From positions 1-64,000 of IMG/VR virus record IMGVR_UViG_3300033463_000087: DNA of 64,000 nucleotides, one strand, 5' to 3'. Numbering within the stretch: position 1 is the stretch's first letter; every line of letters starts with the position of its first letter. Origin of the DNA: a virus. Taxonomy: Duplodnaviria; Caudoviricetes. The notes beneath the pieces were generated by a model, which made no database searches, had not been told where the DNA came from, and was given only the letters and a program-made list of their open reading frames with translations. This document shows, piece after piece, positions 20,138 through 29,084 of the stretch. A program made the translations under genes and the position numbers.

Positions 20138-20371
20138 ATGAGAAAAAGTATATATGATGGTGTAGAAAATAACTATATATGTGAACAAGACAAAATACAT
20201 TTTAGTAAATTGTTTTGTTGTTTAATTTCACCTTTAATAATTTTTACACCTTACTTAATATTTGATGATTTTAGAAATGGTTATAAAAAAGATGCCATAA
20301 TGTTATTAATTTTAGATATAGTTTTATTATCTATTATAAGTGGTATAATAGGTATAATGCTTTATTTATAA
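20138..20371 (+). CDS. Small two-TM membrane protein (moron-like)
   Basis: AGGAGG RBS, own promoter motif, two hydrophobic segments, convergent with the tape measure gene. Confidence 0.65.
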   Translation: MRKSIYDGVENNYICEQDKIHFSKLFCCLISPLIIFTPYLIFDDFRNGYKKDAIMLLILDIVLLSIISGIIGIMLYL

Positions 20372-20372
20372 A

Positions 20373-22052
20373 TTATTCACCACTTAATTGACTTTGGTTT
20401 ACTATCTTTACATTACCACCATAAGGGTTATTTGTAACAGTATTATTATTTATTGTAGTATAAGTATTTGTAGATGAATTAGAGTTTCTTCCTTCATATA
20501 AAGAACTCAATGCTAGTGCTGCATATTTTGCTGCTTCACCTACGGCTTGAAAATTACCTTTTAATTTAATTGATTCATCTATTAATTCTTTTTCTGCTAA
20601 ATTTATTTGTTCTAATTCTTTTTCTGTTACAGGTTTCATTTTAGATGTAGTTCCAATAACCATTGAACCACCTGATGCTAATGTATTTTGTACAGATAAT
20701 TTTTTCAAATCAGGTCCTAAACCACCCCAAGAAGTAGAAGATTGTAGTGCTAATAATTCTCTTATATCTGTAGTACCTAATGATTGTGCTAATTCTTGTG
20801 CATAACCTGTTTCTAATTTTTCTATGCCTCTTGATATTTGATTACCACCTCTTCTCATAATACCTGCAACTCGTATCATATCACCACTTCTATATGCTTC
20901 TTGTAATTCTTTTCCGCCAAGACCTTTTTCTGCCATTAAAGCACCAACACCTGCCAATGTAGAAGTATCAGATGACCTTCGTGAAGTTAAAGATCTTGTA
21001 AAATCACTTACAGATAGAGTTCCTCTACTTAAAGCATCTTGAAATTGTGCTAATGTTTTTGCATTTGCCATACCATTAATATTATTAGCAATTAATGTTC
21101 TATTTAATTCTTCATAAGCACTTAAAAATTTATCACTACCAAGTAGATTCATTGTTTTTGTAACTTCTTTTAATTCATAATTAAATCTTCTTATATCTGT
21201 AGATGACCTACCTAATTGTAGTTGTTGTAGAATTAAGGAATTTGCTTTATTGGGGTCTGCTCCTATTTGCTCTAAACTTGCTCTTGTTGAAAAATAAGTA
21301 TTTTTAAAAACTCCATCTTCAAATAATCTTTGTCTCATTCCCGTACCAATATCAGACATAGCAAATTTAGTATAATCTTCTGAATTTTGATTATACATTA
21401 TTGCTGATGCATATAAATCCGCTTGTTGTTTAAATTTTGTTTTTGAAACATCTAAACCACCTGATAGCCTTTTTGCATTTACAGAAAAAGAAGACATTGC
21501 TTCAACGGCTTTATTGGTTGCACCTGCTACTGCTACCATTGCACCATATAGTGGTCCACCCATAAAGTTTGCAACTTGTGGTATAACTTTTAATAATTGA
21601 GTAGTACCAGATAATATTCTTCCTTCAAATAATGCACTTAAACCAGAACTTACTTGATATGAAGTATATTGGGATGTTAATAAATCTTTATCTTTAGTCC
21701 AACCATGTCTTGCCCAAAAACCTGGTTTCTTTGCTTCTTGTATTCTTTTTTCTAATTCAGATACTTCTTCTTTTGCTTTATTTACTTTTTGTTTTTCTAT
21801 TTTTGTTGCTTCATCTAATGCATTAGTTAAAACTCGTCTTCGTTCATCTTCTTTATCTAATGTTTTTCTAAGTCTCTTATATGCTTCTACGGCGTGTTTC
21901 TGCTCATCAATAGTGAGCATTGTAGTTTTATAATATTCCTCACCAATTTTTGATAATCTTTCTCGTGAATCAGAATATTTATTTTCTGCTTCTGTTAATC
22001 TTGATTGGGCGTCTTCTAATTGTTTATTTAATTCTTCCAAATTATCTGCCAT
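20373..22052 (-). CDS. Tape measure protein
   Basis: Coiled-coil N-terminus and Ala/Gly-rich helical body; lies between the chaperone pair and the baseplate genes. Confidence 0.7.
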   Translation of the reverse strand: MADNLEELNKQLEDAQSRLTEAENKYSDSRERLSKIGEEYYKTTMLTIDEQKHAVEAYKRLRKTLDKEDERRRVLTNALDEATKIEKQKVNKAKEEVSELEKRIQEAKKPGFWARHGWTKDKDLLTSQYTSYQVSSGLSALFEGRILSGTTQLLKVIPQVANFMGGPLYGAMVAVAGATNKAVEAMSSFSVNAKRLSGGLDVSKTKFKQQADLYASAIMYNQNSEDYTKFAMSDIGTGMRQRLFEDGVFKNTYFSTRASLEQIGADPNKANSLILQQLQLGRSSTDIRRFNYELKEVTKTMNLLGSDKFLSAYEELNRTLIANNINGMANAKTLAQFQDALSRGTLSVSDFTRSLTSRRSSDTSTLAGVGALMAEKGLGGKELQEAYRSGDMIRVAGIMRRGGNQISRGIEKLETGYAQELAQSLGTTDIRELLALQSSTSWGGLGPDLKKLSVQNTLASGGSMVIGTTSKMKPVTEKELEQINLAEKELIDESIKLKGNFQAVGEAAKYAALALSSLYEGRNSNSSTNTYTTINNNTVTNNPYGGNVKIVNQSQLSGE

Positions 22053-22054
22053 AT

Positions 22055-22699
22055 TTATTTATCCTCAATTATCATAGGAATATCATTTTCTTCTGCATCT
22101 ATTAATTCAACATTTTCAAGTTTAATGCCTTTATCTGTCATAAGTTTATTTAAAATTAATTTCTCTTCATCTTTTTGTTGTTTTTCAATATCTTTTTGTT
22201 TTTTAAGAGCACTAAGAAGTTGTGGATTATACCAAACTTTTCTTTTTTCTAATGCTCTATCATCAAATTTATCTTTATCTATTTCATCTTGAGCAACATT
22301 CCAATATGCCCACGACCATTCTAAATCTCCCCAAGTATCAATTTCTTCTTTACCAAATATTTTTCTTATTTTCCAATAAACCCTTAAATCTTTTTCTTTT
22401 TCAAAATCTATTTGTTTATTATTTTGTATTAAATCTACAAACTTTTCAAATAATAAATCTGTTAAATTTGTATCCCAACTACCAATTTCATCTTTTATTG
22501 CTTCTTTTAATTCTTTATTACTATTTTTTACTTCTTCAAAATCAATTAATTTTATATCATCTATTGCCTTTAATCCCTCTGCTAAAACATCTATTTTATT
22601 TATAGATTTAATTTTAATAAAGGGATTAAATGTAAATTTATTGTTATTTATCTTTATTGTTTTTAATAAAGATTGTTTAAATTTTTCTAATGGATTCAT
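22055..22699 (-). CDS. Tail assembly chaperone (G-like domain plus T-like extension)
   Basis: Immediately upstream of the tape measure gene; N-terminal half paralogous to 22699..23103. Confidence 0.6.
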   Translation of the reverse strand: MNPLEKFKQSLLKTIKINNNKFTFNPFIKIKSINKIDVLAEGLKAIDDIKLIDFEEVKNSNKELKEAIKDEIGSWDTNLTDLLFEKFVDLIQNNKQIDFEKEKDLRVYWKIRKIFGKEEIDTWGDLEWSWAYWNVAQDEIDKDKFDDRALEKRKVWYNPQLLSALKKQKDIEKQQKDEEKLILNKLMTDKGIKLENVELIDAEENDIPMIIEDK

Positions 22700-23103
22700 T
22701 ATTTACTAATACTATTTAAAAATTTAGCGTCTTTTTCGAAACGGCGATCTTTTTCTTTTACCATTTCTAAATAAAATAAAAATAATAAACTTGTAAAACT
22801 TTCATCCCAACTACTAATTTCTTCTTTGATTGCCTCTTTTTCAGCGACACCTTTACTAACCGCTACTTGTACTTCTTCAAATTTACTAAGTGCTATGCCA
22901 TCAACACTAATTAAACTAATAGCCAATGTTTCTACTTTTCTTGTATTAAATTTACTATCATCAGTTAAAGAAACAGTCTTTCTTGCTACTTCTTTTTCAA
23001 TATCATCTGTTTCTTTTGTACTTAAACTACGAAATAAGAATTTTTTTCCCTGTATTTCGTACTCTTTTGTATAGTTTTTCTTAAACTCACTCATTGGATT
23101 CAT
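22699..23103 (-). CDS. Tail assembly chaperone
   Basis: YEIQGKKFLFRSLSTKE pattern typical of tail chaperones; position. Confidence 0.65.
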   Translation of the reverse strand: MNPMSEFKKNYTKEYEIQGKKFLFRSLSTKETDDIEKEVARKTVSLTDDSKFNTRKVETLAISLISVDGIALSKFEEVQVAVSKGVAEKEAIKEEISSWDESFTSLLFLFYLEMVKEKDRRFEKDAKFLNSISK

Positions 23104-23140
23104 TTTATCTTATCTCCTTGGGTTTAATAACCCTCCTATC

Positions 23141-23160
23141 TATATAAATCTAAATGAATA
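23141..23160 (-). promoter_or_regulatory. Class-1 promoter motif
   Basis: tatataaatctaaatgaata upstream of 23103. Confidence 0.7.
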
Positions 23161-23166
23161 ATGCTA

Positions 23167-23181
23167 AAATTTAGTATAATA
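23167..23181 (+). promoter_or_regulatory. Class-2 promoter motif
   Basis: atttagtataata upstream of 23269. Confidence 0.6.
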
Positions 23182-23206
23182 TATATATATATATAATTTG
23201 TTATTA

Positions 23207-23237
23207 TGTAGTTTTGTAGTTTTGTAGTATTGTAGTT
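23207..23237 (+). repeat. Four tandem 8-bp units (TTGTAGTT-like)
   Basis: tgtagtt ttgtagtt ttgtagta ttgtagtt between the promoter and the RBS of ORF 23269. Confidence 0.6.
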
Positions 23238-23268
23238 ATAAATCAGTAAATATTGAGAGGAAATAACA

Positions 23269-23751
23269 ATGAGTAAAATATTAGTCGTAAAATTAGGTAG
23301 TGAACAAAATGGATGGTTACCATCAGAAAAACATTATAATGATATTAAATATAAATTAATACAAAGTGGTACTTTAAAAAAGTTTGATGGTTATATTATT
23401 ACCCATTTTGGTACAAATTTTGAAATAATAGATTCAGATAATATGAAAATAGAAAGTCCTGAAAATTATTTTGAAATAAAAACTAAAGAGGAACTTATAA
23501 AAGAAAATTATCTTCCAAAAGAAGGAGATTTTTTAAAAAATTCTGAAACTTTAATACATAAAGAATTAGAAAAAAATGATATTAAAGAATATGTTATACC
23601 TGATATTTTGGAAGGCTTAAATATAAAAATTACTAAAAATGGACTTTTAAGTGCTATTGATTATCTTAAAAAGACACGACAAAACAAAGAATTAAGTGAA
23701 AAATTTTTGATAGAATCAATACTTAAATTAATCTATTGTTTTAGTAAATAA
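23269..23751 (+). CDS. Hypothetical protein (independently transcribed)
   Basis: GAGAGG RBS, class-2 promoter upstream, terminator downstream. Confidence 0.7.
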   Translation: MSKILVVKLGSEQNGWLPSEKHYNDIKYKLIQSGTLKKFDGYIITHFGTNFEIIDSDNMKIESPENYFEIKTKEELIKENYLPKEGDFLKNSETLIHKELEKNDIKEYVIPDILEGLNIKITKNGLLSAIDYLKKTRQNKELSEKFLIESILKLIYCFSK

Positions 23752-23756
23752 TAAAC

Positions 23757-23784
23757 CACCCCTTACTATATAAAGTAAGGGGTG
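23757..23784. terminator. Intrinsic terminator-like hairpin between convergent genes
   Basis: CACCCCTTACT-ATATAA-AGTAAGGGGTG, an 11-bp stem. Confidence 0.7.
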
Positions 23785-23830
23785 AGTAGTATCATTGACC
23801 TTATTTGAGCTAGGAGGGAAGCTCAAATTG

Positions 23831-24415
23831 TTAATAACTTTCAATTAAGGTTTTAACCTCATTTAAGTTAGTAAAACTTACAGTATTTGAACTATTTGTA
23901 GCAACCTTTATTAATTTATTTTTATCTATTTCAGGTATAAAAAATGAATCAAAATATTTTTGAATAAATGTTAAATCAAAAGTTACTATATATGTTGTTC
24001 CTACAAAACCAATAGCATGTGGATTATTACTATAATAATGTTCTTTAGTTGTAGTATGCTTAGATTCCGTTATTACGGTTTCTAAAGTATATTGTTTTAA
24101 TCTAACAATAGTTTTTTTATTATACTGTGTTGTAAGATAATCAAATATTGATTGTACTGCATCAATTTTATCTTCTTTAATGCTAAATCTTATTAATCTT
24201 TGAAACTCTTCTAACCAAGGTTCCTGTAAATTTTGAAGTTGTAATTCTTTATCATTTTTAATTTGTTCTTTAATTACTTGTTCAACCTCGATATTGTTAG
24301 AAATTTGTTTTATTTCTTTAACAAGATCACTAACATTAAAATTTGCCCAACCAGCATTTTGTGCATAACATAAAGTATTTAAACATAAAAAGATTATTAC
24401 TAATAATTTTTTCAC
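23831..24415 (-). CDS. Putative exported protein
   Basis: Sec-type signal peptide MKKLLVIIFLCLNTLCYA-Q. Confidence 0.6.
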   Translation of the reverse strand: MKKLLVIIFLCLNTLCYAQNAGWANFNVSDLVKEIKQISNNIEVEQVIKEQIKNDKELQLQNLQEPWLEEFQRLIRFSIKEDKIDAVQSIFDYLTTQYNKKTIVRLKQYTLETVITESKHTTTKEHYYSNNPHAIGFVGTTYIVTFDLTFIQKYFDSFFIPEIDKNKLIKVATNSSNTVSFTNLNEVKTLIESY

Positions 24416-24426
24416 TTTAATTCTCC

Positions 24427-26925
24427 TTATATTATGTCTTCTGTAATTTCTTCAGGTTCATTAAATATAGAATCTAAACCTTCTTCAGTAAAAGCAACTA
24501 TATTATTGTCTTCATCCCTTACTGTACCTGTCCAATGCATTTTACCATCAGTAATTGAAAATACTACAAGTAATTTTTTAATATCAGTATCATCTGCTTT
24601 ATTATTAACACTTAAAATAACCTGTAATACTGCATCCGCATTTACTTCGTTATCAGGTATCATTTCATCTTGAGTAGGTGTATAAGGATCTAAAATTTTG
24701 GTTTTATATGATAACATCTTAATATCATATTTGTCAAAATCTTTAAATTTGTCAGAAAATTCAGTAATACATTTTGAAACTACATCATTAATAGTATCTA
24801 CTTTATCGTCTTGTGTTTCTTTTTCAAAGAAATCAAGAGGTGTATTGTCTTCTAAAAGTTCATCAATAGGAGTTTCGTTGATTTTTTCAACTTCCTTTTC
24901 TGATTCACTTTTATTATCTTCCTCTTCCATATCTTCTAAAGTAATATTTTCAGCAGTTACTTTTTTAGAAGCAGTATTTTTTTTAGCTGTTGGAACATTT
25001 AATGTAGCATTTTGAATATAAATAGCAGCACCGTCGCCAATATATTCAGCAATGTTTCCTTTATAAGTTATATTGATTTTATTTCCATTAGTGCTAAAAA
25101 ACCCACTAAACTCACAATTTTGCGGCCAGTCAGCAAATAATTCTTTAGCCGTAGATCCATAACCGCCTTCATAGGAAACATATTCGCCAAAACATTTTCC
25201 ACTTAATTGTACCCAGTCACCACCATGGTCGTTGGAAACAATATACTTATCTGGTTGTATTGCTATTTCAAATCTATATGTTGCCGATTCACCTTTTTCT
25301 TTTTCTATACATTTACTTTTTAAGGTATTTACATCAAATTTTATATTTTCTATTTGAAACAAATCACCGTCAAAATTTAATTCAGATTTTACCTTTTTAG
25401 AAGATTCTTTCTTATTTGAATAAGTCCAATTATATGATTCTGGATAGTAACCAAATTCATTAAACAATTCTTTAGAAATGCTATCATCTATCATTTGTTT
25501 AATATCATCTTTAGTCATTTCAAAATCTTCTGCATCTTCATCTATTTCTATATTTAGATTGTTGTAAAAATCTGGTAACTTTTCTGTCGGTTTATCTTCT
25601 TCGTCTAACTCGTCAAAGTTCCAATCAATATCATATACATTTACTTGAATAATTTTTGATGATGTTACTTTTTTAGATGCTTTTATTTTTTCGCCATATC
25701 CATTTGCGATATAATCATCTAACAAAAATTTAATATTATTTTTTACATAAGTATTAAAATCTTCATTATTTTCATGATAATCTTCATAATCTTTATATAA
25801 TGCATCTTCTATTTCCCAATAACTGAAAGAATAACCTTCATATTGAATTTCAGGATCAGACCAATTACCATGCCAAATAAATTTAACACCAGGAATGTTA
25901 GATAAATCCATATCTGATTTAATTTTTTTATTAGATTTGTTTATTGTTTTATTTAAAAAATTATAGCGACCTAAAATTTCTTCTTTACTAAAACCAAGCA
26001 TTAATTGATATAATCTTTCAGCACATTGTAATAAATCACAATCTTTAAATAATGATTTGTTTTTCTTATATAATGCTTCTGCTTTATCTTTACCACCTAG
26101 GATATCTTCATCTTCGCTTGAAATTGCCTTAAATTCTTCATAAATTTTATCAAATGGAATATCTTCTTCTGCTTCTAAAGGTTTCCATTCTTCATTATTT
26201 TGTAAAACTTCATTTGCATAAGATTCATCTTCATTGATTACATCTTGTTCCCAATTTAATAAATCTTCTGCATCTTCTAATGAAATTTTTTCTTCAGCAA
26301 CTAATCTTTTGGCTTCTCTTTCAAAACCATTAATATCAATTACTTTATTTTTAAAATTTTTCTTTAATTCAAAAACAGGATCTACTGCTGCATAAGGTTT
26401 TGCAATTTGATTAGGATCTGTTGCAATAGTAGCAACATCTTCTGTTTCTAATAATTTTGAGGTAATAATTTTATCTAAAGTTTGAATTTTCTTTGCAACC
26501 TTTTTTAATTCGTCAATGGCTTCAGGTATAGTTGCTGTTTGAATTACTTCAGTGGGAACATCTGTTTCATTTTTTTCCATTACAGAATAACCATAAGAAC
26601 CAGGAACAACATAAAATGCTACATTACGTTTTGATTTTGCCATACCCCAAGCAATAGTGCAAGCGGGTACATAAATTGGTGCATTATAATATTCATTATT
26701 GTTAATAATAAGTTTAGGACTTAAACCTGTGAGTTCTTCAAAAACTTCTTCAGCCATATTTCTTTGATAACCAACTGACTCACAATAATTTAAAATATAA
26801 TCAACTGTATATTTATTTGATTTAATTAATTCTCTAACAACTCCAATTAATCCGTTTCTTTCGAGGGCTGTTCCCATACCTGCAAAAGGTATTCCTTGTA
26901 AAATTTTTTCAACTACTGGTTCCAT
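24427..26925 (-). CDS. Large acidic modular virion/internal protein with repeated basic K(A/S)-containing linkers
   Basis: 832 aa under a class-1 promoter; linkers NKSNKKIKSD, KIKASKKVTSS, KKESSKKVKSE and NTASKKVTAE separate acidic modules. Confidence 0.6.
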   Translation of the reverse strand: MEPVVEKILQGIPFAGMGTALERNGLIGVVRELIKSNKYTVDYILNYCESVGYQRNMAEEVFEELTGLSPKLIINNNEYYNAPIYVPACTIAWGMAKSKRNVAFYVVPGSYGYSVMEKNETDVPTEVIQTATIPEAIDELKKVAKKIQTLDKIITSKLLETEDVATIATDPNQIAKPYAAVDPVFELKKNFKNKVIDINGFEREAKRLVAEEKISLEDAEDLLNWEQDVINEDESYANEVLQNNEEWKPLEAEEDIPFDKIYEEFKAISSEDEDILGGKDKAEALYKKNKSLFKDCDLLQCAERLYQLMLGFSKEEILGRYNFLNKTINKSNKKIKSDMDLSNIPGVKFIWHGNWSDPEIQYEGYSFSYWEIEDALYKDYEDYHENNEDFNTYVKNNIKFLLDDYIANGYGEKIKASKKVTSSKIIQVNVYDIDWNFDELDEEDKPTEKLPDFYNNLNIEIDEDAEDFEMTKDDIKQMIDDSISKELFNEFGYYPESYNWTYSNKKESSKKVKSELNFDGDLFQIENIKFDVNTLKSKCIEKEKGESATYRFEIAIQPDKYIVSNDHGGDWVQLSGKCFGEYVSYEGGYGSTAKELFADWPQNCEFSGFFSTNGNKINITYKGNIAEYIGDGAAIYIQNATLNVPTAKKNTASKKVTAENITLEDMEEEDNKSESEKEVEKINETPIDELLEDNTPLDFFEKETQDDKVDTINDVVSKCITEFSDKFKDFDKYDIKMLSYKTKILDPYTPTQDEMIPDNEVNADAVLQVILSVNNKADDTDIKKLLVVFSITDGKMHWTGTVRDEDNNIVAFTEEGLDSIFNEPEEITEDII

Positions 26926-26962
26926 AAATGTAATTACCTCATTGTAAAATATATTAAATGTC

Positions 26963-26982
26963 TATATAAATATAAATGAAAT
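26963..26982 (-). promoter_or_regulatory. Class-1 promoter motif
   Basis: tatataaatataaatgaaat upstream of 26925. Confidence 0.75.
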
Positions 26983-26983
26983 A

Positions 26984-27017
26984 ATAATACCCTTCATTAA
27001 AAATAGAAGGGTATTAT
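26984..27017 (-). terminator. Intrinsic terminator-like hairpin
   Basis: ATAATACCCTTC / GAAGGGTATTAT 12-bp stem, immediately before a class-1 promoter. Confidence 0.65.
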
Positions 27018-27041
27018 AAATATTAATAAGTTTAGTAATAA

Positions 27042-27239
27042 TTATATTTCTTCAAAATCTTCTTCTAATCTAAACTTTGCTTCCTCGATAGCAGATAAAA
27101 TATCTTCTTTAGACATACCTAATTTTTTATATTCTTCTACTAATTTTTCTAATGGCTTATAGAAACGATGAACAGATTGTAATCTTAATTGCTCCATTGA
27201 TTCATCAAAAACATTTTCTGCTTTAATTTTAAATTTCAT
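27042..27239 (-). CDS. Leader-family small protein (MKFKIKAE)
   Basis: The ORF track starts at 27257, but the GAAGGAG RBS favours the ATG at 27239. Confidence 0.65.
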   Translation of the reverse strand: MKFKIKAENVFDESMEQLRLQSVHRFYKPLEKLVEEYKKLGMSKEDILSAIEEAKFRLEEDFEEI

Positions 27240-27240
27240 T

Positions 27241-27465
27241 TTATAAATCTCCTTCACAATGTGGACATTTTGAGTTTTTAAGACTAACTAAACGTTGATC
27301 TAAAATTTGATAAATTTGACCAACTTTTGTCCCAATTACTTTATTGCAATGAGGACAAATTACTTTTTCTTCTTTAGAAGCAGTTATTTTATTTTCTTCT
27401 AAAGGTTTAATTACTTCAATTTTGTTTTCTGCTTTTTTTGCTTTACCTTGTTTTTTAAATGCCAT
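27241..27465 (-). CDS. Zinc-ribbon protein with basic N-terminal extension
   Basis: CPHC...CPHC; KITASKEE precedes the ribbon. Confidence 0.65.
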   Translation of the reverse strand: MAFKKQGKAKKAENKIEVIKPLEENKITASKEEKVICPHCNKVIGTKVGQIYQILDQRLVSLKNSKCPHCEGDL

Positions 27466-27482
27466 AATTAAATCTCCTTTTA

Positions 27483-28007
27483 TTAATTAAAATCAGCATA
27501 AAGTTTAAATAAATTATTTTTTATTTTTTTTAATGCTTCATCTTTATCTTTTATAATTTTATTTTGATTATTTTTTGTATCTAATATAACATATTTAGTT
27601 GATAATATTCTGTTAAAATTTACATTTTCTGTATCTATAATATTACATATATACATTGAATATTTATCTAAAATATTTAAATTATTAATAATATACATAT
27701 TACATTGTTGTAAAGTATCAAAATAATTTTCTATTAATAAATTAGATTTACTGCAATATAAATTTAATTTATTATAGTTTAAAATAAAATACATTTTAGG
27801 GTATTGTTTGGGTTTATAACCTTTAAAATCATAAATATTTTTAAATACTTTTAATAAATATTTTTTAACAACTTTTTGTTGTGTTACGATTTCATTTTTA
27901 ATTGTATCTTCTTGTTTAATATTATTAGAATTATTTTCAAAAGATAATTCAAGTTGTTTTGGATTAATTATTATTTTCTTTTTACTTATAATTTTAATAA
28001 ATTTCAT
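27483..28007 (-). CDS. Leader-family protein (variant leader MKFIKIISK)
   Basis: 174 aa; shared N-terminus, unrelated body. Confidence 0.6.
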   Translation of the reverse strand: MKFIKIISKKKIIINPKQLELSFENNSNNIKQEDTIKNEIVTQQKVVKKYLLKVFKNIYDFKGYKPKQYPKMYFILNYNKLNLYCSKSNLLIENYFDTLQQCNMYIINNLNILDKYSMYICNIIDTENVNFNRILSTKYVILDTKNNQNKIIKDKDEALKKIKNNLFKLYADFN

Positions 28008-28009
28008 AA

Positions 28010-28507
28010 TTAAATAATTTCCATATCATTTAGGAAGTCTTCTAAATCTTGCTCATGATGTTGTTCGTCTTCCCATATTTTTCTTGCTATATGAAATGTA
28101 ATTAGATCCCCACCATCTTTACAAGCCTTACAAATTGCATCATAAACATCTTCGGCACATCTTTCTGCTTCTAAATTTTGTGTAACTAAAACTTTAGTAT
28201 TATAATCAGTAGGCTTAGTATAACCACAATTTGTATGTGTATACCACTCTTCAGGACTTTGTAAAGGAACACCACCAAGTTGAATAATTCTATCTTTTAA
28301 CATTTGAGCATGTTTAAGTTCTTCTTCATAATGTTTTTGAAATTCTGCTTCAACTTCGGGTCTTAATTTACCCACCGCCAAACCTATTGGTGCAAGATAT
28401 TGAGTGGCTGCTAAATACTCATCGGCTAAAGCACGATTAAGCATACTTATTGTTGCTTGAACATCTATACCTTTTTCTTCTAATTTTTTAATTACATTTT
28501 GTGCCAT
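28010..28507 (-). CDS. Ferritin-like / Dps-like (DPSL-type) protein
   Basis: ALADEYLA..QY, EEELKHAQML..RIIQLGGVP, EAERCAEDVY and DEQHHEQDL di-iron four-helix-bundle motifs. Confidence 0.85.
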   Translation of the reverse strand: MAQNVIKKLEEKGIDVQATISMLNRALADEYLAATQYLAPIGLAVGKLRPEVEAEFQKHYEEELKHAQMLKDRIIQLGGVPLQSPEEWYTHTNCGYTKPTDYNTKVLVTQNLEAERCAEDVYDAICKACKDGGDLITFHIARKIWEDEQHHEQDLEDFLNDMEII

Positions 28508-28509
28508 AA

Positions 28510-29067
28510 TTAATTATAATATCCTTTATATCTTATATTATATTTATGTCTTGCTTCATTTATTTCATAATCATTTTTAAATATTCCATCTCTAATTAAA
28601 CTACTATTATCAATTTCATTTTGTAAAACTTTTTTTATTGCTTTTTCGTATAAAGGATGATTTTTAGTTATTATTTTTTCTTTTAATAATATACGAGCAT
28701 TGGTAAGATCGCGTACTAAACTTGGTAATTTTTCATCTTTTGCTTTAATTGCTTCTTCGTAATATGGAGAATTTTTAGTTATAATTTTATTCATTAATAG
28801 TTCTACAGCATAATTTTTAATTGCTTTTTTAATAAGTGGTTCAAAATATTTAGAATTTTTTGTTATAAATTTTTCGCATAATAAACTTGAAGCAGCAGAA
28901 CCATTACCATTATAATAGTCATATTCGGTTTTGCCTTGTAAAACTTGTTTTATTGCTTGATCAAATATTTCTGTATTTTCTTTAATTTCTTTATCAAAAA
29001 TAAGATTATATCCATCTTGACCATTTAATAAATCTTTTTTTGATTTAATTAATTTTATAAATTTCAT
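28510..29067 (-). CDS. Leader-family protein with ITKN helical repeats
   Basis: MKFIKLIKS leader; repeats FITKNSKYFE, IITKNSPYYE, IITKNHPLYE. Confidence 0.7.
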   Translation of the reverse strand: MKFIKLIKSKKDLLNGQDGYNLIFDKEIKENTEIFDQAIKQVLQGKTEYDYYNGNGSAASSLLCEKFITKNSKYFEPLIKKAIKNYAVELLMNKIITKNSPYYEEAIKAKDEKLPSLVRDLTNARILLKEKIITKNHPLYEKAIKKVLQNEIDNSSLIRDGIFKNDYEINEARHKYNIRYKGYYN

Positions 29068-29084
29068 AATATATTCCTCTCTTA

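Noticed and set aside
22690-22740. Programmed -1 frameshift between the tail chaperone genes
   Set aside because: There is no in-frame XXXYYYZ heptamer, and the downstream frame has a TAA two codons before its ATG.
26963-26982. T4-type late promoter TATAAATA inside the class-1 motif on the plus strand
   Set aside because: Its orientation would point antisense into the 3-prime ends of upstream genes, and several copies lack the octamer while keeping TAAATGAA, so the minus-strand reading fits better.
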